DNA of 54,476 nt from Deltaproteobacteria bacterium. Lineage in GTDB: Bacteria; Desulfobacterota; Dissulfuribacteria; Dissulfuribacterales; UBA3076. Under the pieces are notes generated by a model that searched no databases, was not told where the DNA came from, and was given only the letters and a program-made list of their open reading frames with translations. The translations under genes were made by a program, and so were the position numbers. Positions 18,180-27,499 of the stretch are shown here, in pieces (within the stretch, counting starts at the first letter, position 1; each line of letters begins with the position of its first letter). The stretch lies in contig DQXT01000056.1 of NCBI GenBank assembly GCA_011042225.1, positions 1-54,476 of the forward strand, written 5' to 3'.

Positions 18180-18631
18180 TGTCTGACGCTCAGCAATATG
18201 TAGTCTTTTTAATAAATGAACAGACATATGGAATTGAGATCCTCAAGATAAAAGAGGTCGTCGCTTATAAAAAGATCACACCTCTTCCCGACATGAAAGG
18301 GTTCATAAAGGGGATCATTAATCTGAGGGGTGTTGTCTTGCCTGTATTCGATTTGAGAAAAAAGTTTAATCTACCGGAGACATCATACACTCCCTTCCAT
18401 ACAATCATTGTAATGGAAATTTCAGGAAGGGTTATGGGGGTTATAGTGGATGAGATCTCGGACGTGGTGGAACTCCTCCCTGAAGAAGTTCAAGCTACCT
18501 CCAGCCTTCCTCCCGGTGTACACACCGAATACATGAAAGGAATCGGGAAAAAGGAATATGGCCTTATGGTCCTGTTAGATATAGATCGACTCTTGAGTCC
18601 CGAAGAACTTGAGATCCTTGATGCTGCATGA
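18179..18631 (+). CDS. cheW: Coupling protein CheW
   Basis: 150 aa with typical CheW sequence (YVVFLINEQTYGIEILKIKEV, INLRGVVLPVFDLRKKF). The ATG overlaps the MCP stop (TAATG). Confidence 0.9.
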   Translation: MSDAQQYVVFLINEQTYGIEILKIKEVVAYKKITPLPDMKGFIKGIINLRGVVLPVFDLRKKFNLPETSYTPFHTIIVMEISGRVMGVIVDEISDVVELLPEEVQATSSLPPGVHTEYMKGIGKKEYGLMVLLDIDRLLSPEELEILDAA

Positions 18632-18652
18632 TCAGCGCGACGTGCTCTTATA

Positions 18653-19483
18653 ATGGACGGCCTGTCGGAAAGAGAATTTGAGTCATTCAGAAATCTAGTA
18701 AAAAAACATATAGGCATTTCGTTTGATCGTACCAAAAAGGCGGTCCTGCAAAGAAAGTTGGCCCTCAGAGTAAATAGCCTTGGATTGGAATCATATGGAA
18801 AATATTATCTTTACTTGCTCCAAGAAAAAGAAAGCAAAGGGGAATTAAGGCAACTCATCAACACGCTTACAGTCGACCAAACCGCCTTTTTCAGGCATCT
18901 GAAGCAGTTTGAGCTTTTGGCCAATATCTTATTGCCTCAAGTGGCGATACAGAAGAACACCATCAAAAAGCTGCGCATATGGTCCGCTGGATGCGCCACA
19001 GGACAGGAGGCTTACAGTATCGCCATGGTGGTAAACGATATGTTTAAAGAAGATCACACTTGGGACATAAGGATCTTGGCCAGCGATATTGATACCGATG
19101 CTCTCAAATTCGCCTATAGGGGTCTATATACAAAGGAGTCCATAAAACAGGTCCCGACAGAATATCTAAACAGATATTTCAGAAGAGGTACCGGAAAGGA
19201 CTCAGGATTATTCCAAGTCAACGAGGACTTAAAAAATCGACTACTGTTTCGCAGGCTCAACTTTGTCGATTTCAACTTCCCTTTCAAGAGTCCTGTAGAC
19301 ATTATTTTTTGTCGAAATGTGATGATATATTTTGATACAGAGGTCAAGAAAAGGCTTATAGATAACTTTTTCCGCCTTTTAGAACCAGATGGATTCCTGT
19401 GTCTGGGGACTTCTGAATCTTTGATCGGAGTGGATGACCGTTTTGCCTTAGTGGGTCATTTCGTTTATCAAAAGAGGGGATAG
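18653..19483 (+). CDS. cheR: Chemoreceptor methyltransferase CheR
   Basis: Contains TAFFR, IWSAGCATGQEAYSIAM and IFCRNVMIYF (SAM-binding fold). Confidence 0.9.
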   Translation: MDGLSEREFESFRNLVKKHIGISFDRTKKAVLQRKLALRVNSLGLESYGKYYLYLLQEKESKGELRQLINTLTVDQTAFFRHLKQFELLANILLPQVAIQKNTIKKLRIWSAGCATGQEAYSIAMVVNDMFKEDHTWDIRILASDIDTDALKFAYRGLYTKESIKQVPTEYLNRYFRRGTGKDSGLFQVNEDLKNRLLFRRLNFVDFNFPFKSPVDIIFCRNVMIYFDTEVKKRLIDNFFRLLEPDGFLCLGTSESLIGVDDRFALVGHFVYQKRG

Positions 19484-19487
19484 ATAT

Positions 19488-20072
19488 TTGTACCGATTTT
19501 ACAGCAACAAGCTAAAAAAACCGGTTATAACGCTCACGGCCGGTGAATATTTCGTCACACAAAATGGTGAGGTACTTCATACCGTTGTCGGCTCCTGTAT
19601 TGCCACCTGCATCTATGATGAGAAAATAAAAGCAGCAGGGATGAACCATTTTCTACTTCCGGGGATAATTCATCCTGATGAAATCCTGTCTTCTGAAGTC
19701 GCCCGATATGGTATGTTTGCCATGGAGCTGTTGATCGGAGAACTTATTAAGTTGGGAGCACGAAGAAAAGGGCTTCAGGCCAAGGTCTTTGGAGGAGCCA
19801 ATGTATTGAAATTCAGAAGAAATGATAACGATATTACCGGATCCAATATTCGTTTTGTAAAAAAATTCTTAGAACTGGAAGACATTCCTGCTGTAAAGAT
19901 AGATGTAGGAGGCAATGCCGGCAGAAAGATATTCTTTTTTACCGACAGCCACCGAGTCCTCTTAAAACGATTTGACATGGAAAAAGACCAAAGTTCCTTT
20001 CAAGACGAAGAGGTTTATACGAGAAAGGTCTTCCAGGGACGACTGGCAAAATCCCGAGTAGTGATATATTAG
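19488..20072 (+). CDS. cheD: Chemoreceptor glutamine deamidase CheD
   Basis: Contains the GSCIATCIYD catalytic cysteine context, MNHFLLP and KVFGGANV. The start codon is TTG. Confidence 0.85.
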   Translation: MYRFYSNKLKKPVITLTAGEYFVTQNGEVLHTVVGSCIATCIYDEKIKAAGMNHFLLPGIIHPDEILSSEVARYGMFAMELLIGELIKLGARRKGLQAKVFGGANVLKFRRNDNDITGSNIRFVKKFLELEDIPAVKIDVGGNAGRKIFFFTDSHRVLLKRFDMEKDQSSFQDEEVYTRKVFQGRLAKSRVVIY

Positions 20073-20075
20073 AAG

Positions 20076-21113
20076 ATGAAACCAATCCGAGTGCTCATTG
20101 TTGATGACTCACCTGTTGTGCAGTCAGTGTTGACTACTATGCTGTCATCTAGTTCTGATATTGAGGTAGTGGGAGTTGCTTCGGACGCCTTTGATGCCAA
20201 GGATATTATGATAGAAAAAAGGCCTGATGTGATCACTCTGGACATTGAAATGCCTCGAATGGATGGAATCACATTTCTAAAACGTCTAATGAGCTTTCGT
20301 CCCATTCCAGTAATCATGATCAGTTCCTATACGTGGAAAAACAGCATTAATACCATGGAAGCCCTGAATATCGGGGCTGTTGATTTCATTACCAAACCCA
20401 GAGAGGACGCCAAAACCGGTCTCTGGAAATTGAAGCATGAAATTATCACTAAGATAAGGACGGCAGCCTGTACTCACATCAGACCCTATGCCATGGTCGG
20501 CAAAAACAGAAAGTTTGTTCCGGCGGCAAGTATGACAAACTCGAATAAAATTATTGCCGTCGGGGCCTCTACCGGCGGCACTTCTGCCATAGAAAGACTG
20601 CTGAGGTTCATGCCTCCCGATATAAACGGCACTGTCATAGTCCAGCATATGCCGGCTCGCTATACAAAGGCATATGCCAGGCGGCTGGACTCATTGTTGC
20701 CTATGGATATCAAAGAGGCCGACGGCCTGGATCGTCTCGATAGAGGAAAGGTGCTGGTAGCGCCCGGTGGAATGCATATAAATATAGCAAAGGACCATAC
20801 GGGATACTATGTCCGGCTGTTAAACGGCCCGCCAATCAAATATCAGCAGCCTTCTATAAATATGTTCTTCAATTCAGTTGCAAATACAGCGGCCTCAAAT
20901 GCCATAGGCATACTCCTGACAGGGATGGGAAGCGACGGGGCCGACGGCTTGCTGGCTATGAGGCAAGCCGGGGCCTTTACAGTCGCCCAGGACGAAGCCA
21001 CCTCACTGGTGTTCGGCATGCCGGCGGCTGCTATCAAACTGGGCGCGGTTGAAGTAGTGGCTCCACTTGATGACATACCGAATATCGTTCTTTCGAGGCT
21101 CAAGTCAGTATGA
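20076..21113 (+). CDS. cheB: Chemoreceptor methylesterase CheB (REC plus esterase)
   Basis: Contains VLIVDDSPVV, ITLDIEMPRMDG, AVGASTGG, VQHMP and GMGSDGA. Confidence 0.9.
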   Translation: MKPIRVLIVDDSPVVQSVLTTMLSSSSDIEVVGVASDAFDAKDIMIEKRPDVITLDIEMPRMDGITFLKRLMSFRPIPVIMISSYTWKNSINTMEALNIGAVDFITKPREDAKTGLWKLKHEIITKIRTAACTHIRPYAMVGKNRKFVPAASMTNSNKIIAVGASTGGTSAIERLLRFMPPDINGTVIVQHMPARYTKAYARRLDSLLPMDIKEADGLDRLDRGKVLVAPGGMHINIAKDHTGYYVRLLNGPPIKYQQPSINMFFNSVANTAASNAIGILLTGMGSDGADGLLAMRQAGAFTVAQDEATSLVFGMPAAAIKLGAVEVVAPLDDIPNIVLSRLKSV

Positions 21114-21208
21114 CAATAAAGGAAGTAGCCTATATGTGTGAATTTCATATTTCAGATCCTTTCAAGGCATAAGCTGCAAATTCAAAACATAGTGATGAGG
21201 ATTATTGC

Positions 21209-22114
21209 GTGGCCAAGATACTTGTCGTAGACGATAGTCGATTAATTTCCCACGTTGCAAAAACCATTCTGACCCAGCGAGGACATGAGATAATTTTGGC
21301 TCAAGATGGCTTGGAAGGCCTGGAGGCAGCCAAATCCCAACAACCTGACCTCATCCTGTTGGATTTGATCATGCCGGTCATGGATGGATACCAAATGTGT
21401 CAAAATTTAAAAGAGGAAGACAGCACCAAAGAAATACCTGTAATTATGCTCACGTCAAAGGCAGAACCTGTAGACAAGGTAAAGGGCCTGGAGCTGGGGG
21501 CCTTGGACTACGTGACCAAACCCTTTGACGAAAGCGAATTGGTAACGCGCGTAAATATACAGTTACGATTGAGGCAGCTCTATGAAGCCCTTCAAAAAAA
21601 GAATAGGCAGCTCCAGAATTTAGCCAACCGGGACGGGTTGACAGACTTATATAACCATAGATATTTCCACGATCAGCTATCAAAAGACTTTTTGCGCGCC
21701 CAGAGATATCATGAGTCTTTGTCGTGCATCTTATTAGACATAGACTATTTTAAGAAATTTAACGACACTTACGGACACCAGACAGGGGATATAGTATTAA
21801 AAACTCTGGGACAACTCATCAAAGACTCTATAAGAGACAGCGATTTCGCGGCCAGATACGGAGGCGAAGAATTTGCGATCATTTTGTATTACACAGACAA
21901 GCCGGACGCGGTTCACGTAGCTGAACGCTTAAGGCATATGGTTGAACATTGCGAGATACCCGACAAGGACAATCTGTTGCATTTCACCATCAGTTTAGGG
22001 ATTGCCACATTTCCAGACGAGCGCATCCACAATTACAAGCAGATAGTTGAATGTGCCGATAAGGCGCTATATCAGGCCAAGGGAAACGGCCGAAACCGAG
22101 TAGAGTGCTATTGA
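21209..22114 (+). CDS. Response regulator-diguanylate cyclase (REC-GGDEF)
   Basis: GTG start preceded by GAGGA. The receiver is intact (VVDDS, LLDLIMPVMDG, TKPF) and the active site reads RYGGEEF. A possible RxxD I-site (RDSD) sits 5 residues upstream of GGEEF. Confidence 0.9.
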   Translation: MAKILVVDDSRLISHVAKTILTQRGHEIILAQDGLEGLEAAKSQQPDLILLDLIMPVMDGYQMCQNLKEEDSTKEIPVIMLTSKAEPVDKVKGLELGALDYVTKPFDESELVTRVNIQLRLRQLYEALQKKNRQLQNLANRDGLTDLYNHRYFHDQLSKDFLRAQRYHESLSCILLDIDYFKKFNDTYGHQTGDIVLKTLGQLIKDSIRDSDFAARYGGEEFAIILYYTDKPDAVHVAERLRHMVEHCEIPDKDNLLHFTISLGIATFPDERIHNYKQIVECADKALYQAKGNGRNRVECY

Positions 22115-22145
22115 ATGGAAAAACAGAGACCATGTGAAATCCGTG

Positions 22146-23123
22146 TCAGAGACTCCTGGCCATATCCTTTGCAAAATAAGTAATTATGACATCGGCGCCC
22201 GCCCGACGGATGCCGTGAAGAGACTCTTCTACAACCCTGGCCTCATCCAGCCAGCCTTTGGAAGATGCAGCCTTTATCATAGAATATTCACCGCTCACCT
22301 GATAGGCGGCAATGGGAAGGGTGAACTCCTGCCGCAGCAAACGGATTATATCAAGGTAGGGCATGGCAGGCTTCACCATAAGGATATCAGCCCCTTCCTC
22401 AAGGTCCAGCATAGCCTCCCGCATAGCTTCCCTGGCATTTGCAAAGTCCATCTGGTATGAGCGGCGATCTCCTGATTTGGGAGCGCACTCTGCAGCTTCA
22501 CGAAAGGGTCCATAGAATGATGAAGCATACTTAACAGCATAGGAGAGAATGGGGACCTGGTCAAAGCCTTGTTCGTCAAGGGCTCCCCTTATTGCTCCCA
22601 CTCGGCCGTCCATCATATCGGAAGGCGCCACAATGTCCGCCCCTGCCCTGGCATGGGAGAGAGCTACCTTTACCAGCTGCTCCAGAGTTGCATCATTATC
22701 TATACGCCCATTTGAGAGTATGCCACAATGTCCGTGTGAAGTATATTCACAAAGGCACACATCGGTTACAACAAGCAGGTCGGGCACCGACTTCTTTATG
22801 GCAGATACGGCATTTTGCACCACACCGTTTTTTATCCAGGCATGAGAACCAGCTGAGTCCTTCTTTTCAGGAAGGCCAAAGAGAAGGACTGCATTAATTC
22901 CCAGATCAAAGACTTCCTTGGCCTCTCTTACTATCCTGTCCACAGAAAACTGAAAGCAGCCGGGCATGGCCTCAATAGGCTGCTTAATACCTTTCCCATG
23001 TATAACGAAAAGTGGATATATCAGGTGCTTCGGACTCAAGGCAGTCTCACGGATCAGGGCGCGCAGAGATTCAGTACGGCGCAGCCTGCGAGGACGATAT
23101 TCAGGATACATCATGACAACCAA
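22146..23123 (-). CDS. hemB: Porphobilinogen synthase (delta-aminolevulinate dehydratase), Zn type
   Basis: RPRRLR N-terminus, the cysteine-rich [14 protein letters not shown] metal site, and the Schiff-base lysine contexts ([13 protein letters not shown]). Confidence 0.95.
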   Translation of the reverse strand: MVVMMYPEYRPRRLRRTESLRALIRETALSPKHLIYPLFVIHGKGIKQPIEAMPGCFQFSVDRIVREAKEVFDLGINAVLLFGLPEKKDSAGSHAWIKNGVVQNAVSAIKKSVPDLLVVTDVCLCEYTSHGHCGILSNGRIDNDATLEQLVKVALSHARAGADIVAPSDMMDGRVGAIRGALDEQGFDQVPILSYAVKYASSFYGPFREAAECAPKSGDRRSYQMDFANAREAMREAMLDLEEGADILMVKPAMPYLDIIRLLRQEFTLPIAAYQVSGEYSMIKAASSKGWLDEARVVEESLHGIRRAGADVIITYFAKDMARSL

Positions 23124-23482
23124 TTCTCCAGTCTTCGACGTAAATCGTCTGCGGTAAACGGCTCCTCAATGAAACCGCTGCAGCCTGCGTCGTGCAAGCG
23201 TTCCCTCTCCGAAGAAGAGGTTATCTCACTTATAAGCACAACCGGTATATTCTCAGTCTCATGGGACTGCTTGAGAAGCACGCTCACAGACAAGGCATCC
23301 AGCATGGGGACATCCTTACGTATAATAATCAGATCAGGCAACTCGGCCTTTGCCAAATCCAAACCTTCCTGGCCATCCTCGGCAAGTATCAGTCTGAGCC
23401 CGCTTGTATCCGCCATTTTACGGACCGTCTCGATTACTGATTCATTATAATCCACAAGGAGTATGGTCTGGCCTTCTTTCAC
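23111..23482 (-). CDS. Single-domain pseudo-receiver (REC fold lacking the phospho-acceptor residues)
   Basis: Aligned by eye to CheY. The DD pair reads D-Y (LLVDYNES). The acceptor position reads R ([13 protein letters not shown] versus xxxxxDxxMPxMDG). The conserved K reads E (IEEPF versus KPF). The gene overlaps the hemB start by 13 nt. Confidence 0.75.
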   Translation of the reverse strand: MKEGQTILLVDYNESVIETVRKMADTSGLRLILAEDGQEGLDLAKAELPDLIIIRKDVPMLDALSVSVLLKQSHETENIPVVLISEITSSSERERLHDAGCSGFIEEPFTADDLRRRLENWLS

Positions 23483-23513
23483 CTGATTATTCCTCTCTAT
23501 AAAGAGGCTTAGG

Positions 23514-25337
23514 TTAATAGCACGTACGAATAAGTCTATTTATATAGAGCTCCGGGTTATTCACTGCTTCAGCTGAAATATTAAAGATATCCTGAGCGGT
23601 TTTCTCTCTTATAAGAGTGAGACCATATTCAAGAATATTACATAATCTCTCACACTGGACATAGAGATTAGTGGAATCATCCATGCAGTTGTACATCAAC
23701 TTGTCCACGGCTTCTTCCTCTAAATAGATCCTCAGGCCGCACCGGTTAAAAAAAGAGTCTTCATAACTCTTTATCTGCTTTATCCATGATCGCACCCGCT
23801 CCCCGGCCTGTCTAAAATCCAAGTCTTCTTTCAATGATAGCTGGGCCACGAGGTCCAGTCTGTTTGGGGTCGGCTTCAAATTGAAGTCTTCCCACAAGGG
23901 TGAATCCTCCTGCTCAAGACGAGAAATCAGGTCCTGTTTTTCCTCAGCAAGTATGGCTTTATACCTTCTCAGCCTTGCCTTGTCCTGTAAATTCTCTAAG
24001 AGCCTTTGAAGCTCCCGCTCCGGGTCATTAACCACATCGCTGGTCACTATCAAGAAAGACACATCGATTGAGGGCAATTTTTTTTCAAAAGGCAACAAGG
24101 CCCTTTCCACTACGCTGACAAGAGCCCTTGCCCCCGTATGTTCCTGATAGGCTTGGCGTGCAAGAGATCTTAAGGCATCTTCCTCAAACTTGAGGTCTAT
24201 TGCATAGGCCCTGAAGTCCTGCTTCTTGCTCATGATAATCGGGTTGTTCGGATTACGCAGTATCTCAAACAAATCTTGTTCTGAGAGTTCTTCAAGAATG
24301 GAAATAACAGGAATTCGTCCGACGAACTCGGGCTCAAAGCCATATTCAACAAGATCTTGTGGCTTCACATGCCTTAGCCATCCCCTCTCATCCTGGGCAT
24401 CTATCACTGCACCAAAACCTATACCCTTTTTCTTAAGTCTGTTTTTAATTATATCGCTTAGACCATCAAAAGCACCACTCAATATAAATAATATATTGCG
24501 CGTATTGAGACTCTGTTTAACCCTTTTTCCCGTCTTGCGGTATCTTTCTATCGCCTCTATCTGTGAAATAGGGTCATGGGGAACCCGAATGTTCACTTCG
24601 GTCTCCTCAAGAGGTTTTAATAAAGCCCTCTGGACTCCGGACCTGGAAACATCCGGACCACTCATATGATAAGAAGAGGCAATTTTGTCAATTTCATCTA
24701 TATATACAATTCCGTACTGTGCCCTTTCAAGGTCGCCGTCCGCCTCCTGGACCAAGTCTCGAATAAGATCTTCTATGTCTCCGCCAACATAACCTGTCTC
24801 ACTAAACTTTGTGGCATCGCCTTTTACGAAAGGCACACCAAGTTTGGCCGCTATGAGCTTGACTATATATGTCTTTCCAACACCAGTAGGACCTATTAAT
24901 ATTATATTATTCTTTATGCCTCCAATCGAATGGGGATCTTTCCCCTTTTCTTGAAGATATGTGATCTTATTAAAGTGAGTACATATCTTTGTTGCCATAA
25001 CGGCTTTTGCCCTATCCTGCCTGATCACATATCTGTTCAGATAGACCTCAAGCTCCTCAGGCTTGAGATTAAAGCTCATTTTTGGGCCCTTTTCAGAATC
25101 AGCCCCTTCTTTTTGGTCAGTTCCGTCAGAGTTCACCTGCCAAGGAAAGGCCATCTGAGACACTACCTGTATCCTACCCCCATACTTTTTAGAAAGATAA
25201 TTACTTATCTCCTTTTCCAGATCTTTTTGTGAAGGCAAACTTACAGTCCCGTCCGTCTTCTCATTGTTGATAGCAGAATGTCCTGTATTCAGCTCTTTCA
25301 AGGGCCTTTTCCCATCATATCGTTTTTGCATATTCAT
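23514..25337 (-). CDS. ClpX-family AAA+ unfoldase paralog lacking the N-terminal zinc-binding domain, with a C-terminal extension of about 170 aa
   Basis: Contains Walker A (GPTGVGKT), the GYVG pore loop (ETGYVGGD), Walker B (IVYIDEIDK), an IGF docking-loop-like segment (KGIGFGA) and sensor 2 (GARAL). There is no C4 zinc ribbon at the N-terminus. An extra helical C-terminal region follows (from RELQRLLENLQDKARL). Confidence 0.8.
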   Translation of the reverse strand: MNMQKRYDGKRPLKELNTGHSAINNEKTDGTVSLPSQKDLEKEISNYLSKKYGGRIQVVSQMAFPWQVNSDGTDQKEGADSEKGPKMSFNLKPEELEVYLNRYVIRQDRAKAVMATKICTHFNKITYLQEKGKDPHSIGGIKNNIILIGPTGVGKTYIVKLIAAKLGVPFVKGDATKFSETGYVGGDIEDLIRDLVQEADGDLERAQYGIVYIDEIDKIASSYHMSGPDVSRSGVQRALLKPLEETEVNIRVPHDPISQIEAIERYRKTGKRVKQSLNTRNILFILSGAFDGLSDIIKNRLKKKGIGFGAVIDAQDERGWLRHVKPQDLVEYGFEPEFVGRIPVISILEELSEQDLFEILRNPNNPIIMSKKQDFRAYAIDLKFEEDALRSLARQAYQEHTGARALVSVVERALLPFEKKLPSIDVSFLIVTSDVVNDPERELQRLLENLQDKARLRRYKAILAEEKQDLISRLEQEDSPLWEDFNLKPTPNRLDLVAQLSLKEDLDFRQAGERVRSWIKQIKSYEDSFFNRCGLRIYLEEEAVDKLMYNCMDDSTNLYVQCERLCNILEYGLTLIREKTAQDIFNISAEAVNNPELYINRLIRTCY

Positions 25338-25646
25338 ACTTTATAGCAGAAACAAGCTATAAGCTCAATCCCCAGTCTTAGGGACCTAAAAAATAACTTG
25401 ATGTCTCCTCATTCCGGCTTCACCATATCTTTAAACAATCCTCAATCACAAAATTCCAGAATTATCGCTGACAATACTGCAATAAGGCTTGATCCGGATC
25501 AACCAGGTCCATGGCGAAATCCGTATGCGAACATTCCATTTTTTTCAAGGTCCTTATCCATGCCTTTGCATACTTAAGGCTCCTGTGATAATTTCAAAAG
25601 ATTTAGAAGGTTTTTTTAGTTTATATAAAAAATGGGAGAAAAAACA

Positions 25647-27371
25647 ATGGGTGAAAAAATCGTAATTGTAGGCGCAGTAGCAGCAGGCCCTAAGGCGGCC
25701 TGCAGGACCAGACGGCTTATGCCTGATGCTCAAATTTCCCTAATAGACCAAGATAATCTGATTTCCTATGGAGGTTGCGGAATACCCTATTTTGTTTCAG
25801 GCGATGTAACAGATGAAAAGGAGCTGCGCTCAACTACCTTTAATATGGTCAGGGATGATTATTATTTCAAGCGGGCAAAGGGCATTGAAGTATGGACCAT
25901 GACAAAGGCCCTATCTATTGATCCGAAACAAAAGCTTCTTCACGTTGAAGACGTCCGCACCATGGAAAAGGACTCTATACCATATGATAAGCTGATCTTG
26001 GCCACAGGGAGCAGGCCGAACATACTACCCATACCTGGAAATGACCTTGATGGCGTTTTTACCATCAGCAGCCTGCATAAGGCCATAGCCATAAAGGACT
26101 GCCTTGCAAAAGGCCGGGTAGGCAAGGCAGTTGTAATCGGAGGTGGTGCTATCGGGATCGAAATGGCCGAGGCTATGGCAGATCTCTGGGGCGTTGAAAC
26201 GACTATTGTTGAATTCATGCCGCAGTTACTGCCCAGGATCATTGATCGCACCCTTGCTTCCATGGTTGAACATCACCTGAAGGAGAACGGCATAACTGTA
26301 TATACACAGGAGACCGCACGTAAATTCGAAGGAGACGACCAAGGTAAAATATGCAAGGTTATTACGGATAAAAGAGAGATTGAAACGGATTTAGTTATCA
26401 TGGCCGTGGGTGTCAGGCCCCGGTCGGAACTTGCAAAAGATGCCGGCTTGCTGGTCTCGTCACAAGGTGGGATAGTAGTAAACCAGAGGATGCAGACATC
26501 AGATCCCAATATTTACGCTGCCGGCGACTGCGTTGAAACCAACAACTTGATAAGCGGGAAAAAGGCCTATGCCCCGATGGGCTCCATAGCAAATCGCCAG
26601 GGCCGTGTAGTGGCGGATAATCTGGCGGGTATTCCCAGCACCTTCAATGGGGTAATAGGGAGCTTTATCATGAAGGTCTTTGATCTTTCCGTAGGTTCTA
26701 CGGGTCTTAGTCTGGACGTGGCGAAAGCGGAAGGCTATGACGCTGCCGGCGCTCTTTGTGCCCAATATGACCGCGCCCATTTTTTCCCAAATAAAAAAAA
26801 TATGTTCCTCCACATGGTGGTCGACAGGTCCGACAAAAGGGTACTGGGTCTTCAGGGAATAGGAACTCTTGGAGATGGTCTAATGGCCAGAATCAACGCC
26901 GTAGCCGGATTGCTGGAGAGAAAAGCGGTCATCAGTGACTTAAGCAATCTAGAGCTGCCATACGCCCCACCCTTTTCCACGGCTATCGATATACTGAATG
27001 CTACCGCCAACGTATCTGACAACGTGGTTTCCGGCCGAGTCAGGGCCATTGACATAGAGGAATTTATATCTTGGATGGACGGAAATGAAACACATCCTGA
27101 CTGGTTGGTCATTGATCTTCGCCATCCAGCCGATGCGGCGCGTTTTATAGAAAAATTTCCAGACCGATGGCAGCTCATGTTATATGATAAATTCAGGGAA
27201 GAATACGAACAACTCCCGAAAGATAAGATGCTTATTCTCACGTGCAATGCCGGCGCAAAGGCTTATGAAGTCCAGTGCTTCCTTGACAGTGTCGACATTA
27301 AAAAAACCGTTGTGCTGCCCGGCGGTCTCAATGTAATACGTAATTTAGGGGTGGATTGGTGGCCGAGCTAG
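25647..27371 (+). CDS. CoA-disulfide reductase / NAD(P)H persulfide-polysulfide reductase-like flavoprotein with a C-terminal rhodanese domain
   Basis: Contains the FAD motif (VIVGAVAAGPKAA), the redox cysteine context SYGGCGIPY, a second dinucleotide fold (VVIGGGAIGIEMAE) and the rhodanese active-site loop (LTCNAGAKA). The second ATG (25647) follows GGGAG; the track start 25632 is an alternative. Confidence 0.8.
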   Translation: MGEKIVIVGAVAAGPKAACRTRRLMPDAQISLIDQDNLISYGGCGIPYFVSGDVTDEKELRSTTFNMVRDDYYFKRAKGIEVWTMTKALSIDPKQKLLHVEDVRTMEKDSIPYDKLILATGSRPNILPIPGNDLDGVFTISSLHKAIAIKDCLAKGRVGKAVVIGGGAIGIEMAEAMADLWGVETTIVEFMPQLLPRIIDRTLASMVEHHLKENGITVYTQETARKFEGDDQGKICKVITDKREIETDLVIMAVGVRPRSELAKDAGLLVSSQGGIVVNQRMQTSDPNIYAAGDCVETNNLISGKKAYAPMGSIANRQGRVVADNLAGIPSTFNGVIGSFIMKVFDLSVGSTGLSLDVAKAEGYDAAGALCAQYDRAHFFPNKKNMFLHMVVDRSDKRVLGLQGIGTLGDGLMARINAVAGLLERKAVISDLSNLELPYAPPFSTAIDILNATANVSDNVVSGRVRAIDIEEFISWMDGNETHPDWLVIDLRHPADAARFIEKFPDRWQLMLYDKFREEYEQLPKDKMLILTCNAGAKAYEVQCFLDSVDIKKTVVLPGGLNVIRNLGVDWWPS

Positions 27372-27499
27372 CTGATTTATTGAGCCTTGAGTAAAAATCA
27401 ATATTTTGGACCCGAATTTTGCACTATTCATGCTGGACCTCGGCGGTTAAATATTGCCCTAATAATACCTAATTGAATTAAAATAAGGAGGATTTAAAA

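Noticed and set aside
25489-25502. Perfect 14-bp palindrome TTGATCCGGATCAA upstream of the CoADR-rhodanese gene, and the 15-bp palindrome TGCATAAGTTATGCA at 38033-38047 between xthA and the PilZ gene.
   Set aside because: A perfect 7+7 palindrome is expected roughly once per 4^7 (about 16 kb) of random sequence, so about three per window by chance. There is no second copy and no partner regulator gene to support a function.
25632-25661. Duplicated ATGGG(A/T)GAAAAAA at the start of the CoADR gene (MGEKTMGEK) as a regulatory repeat.
   Set aside because: It is more simply explained as a ribosome-binding-site-like GGGAG that serves the second ATG. It only affects the choice of start codon.
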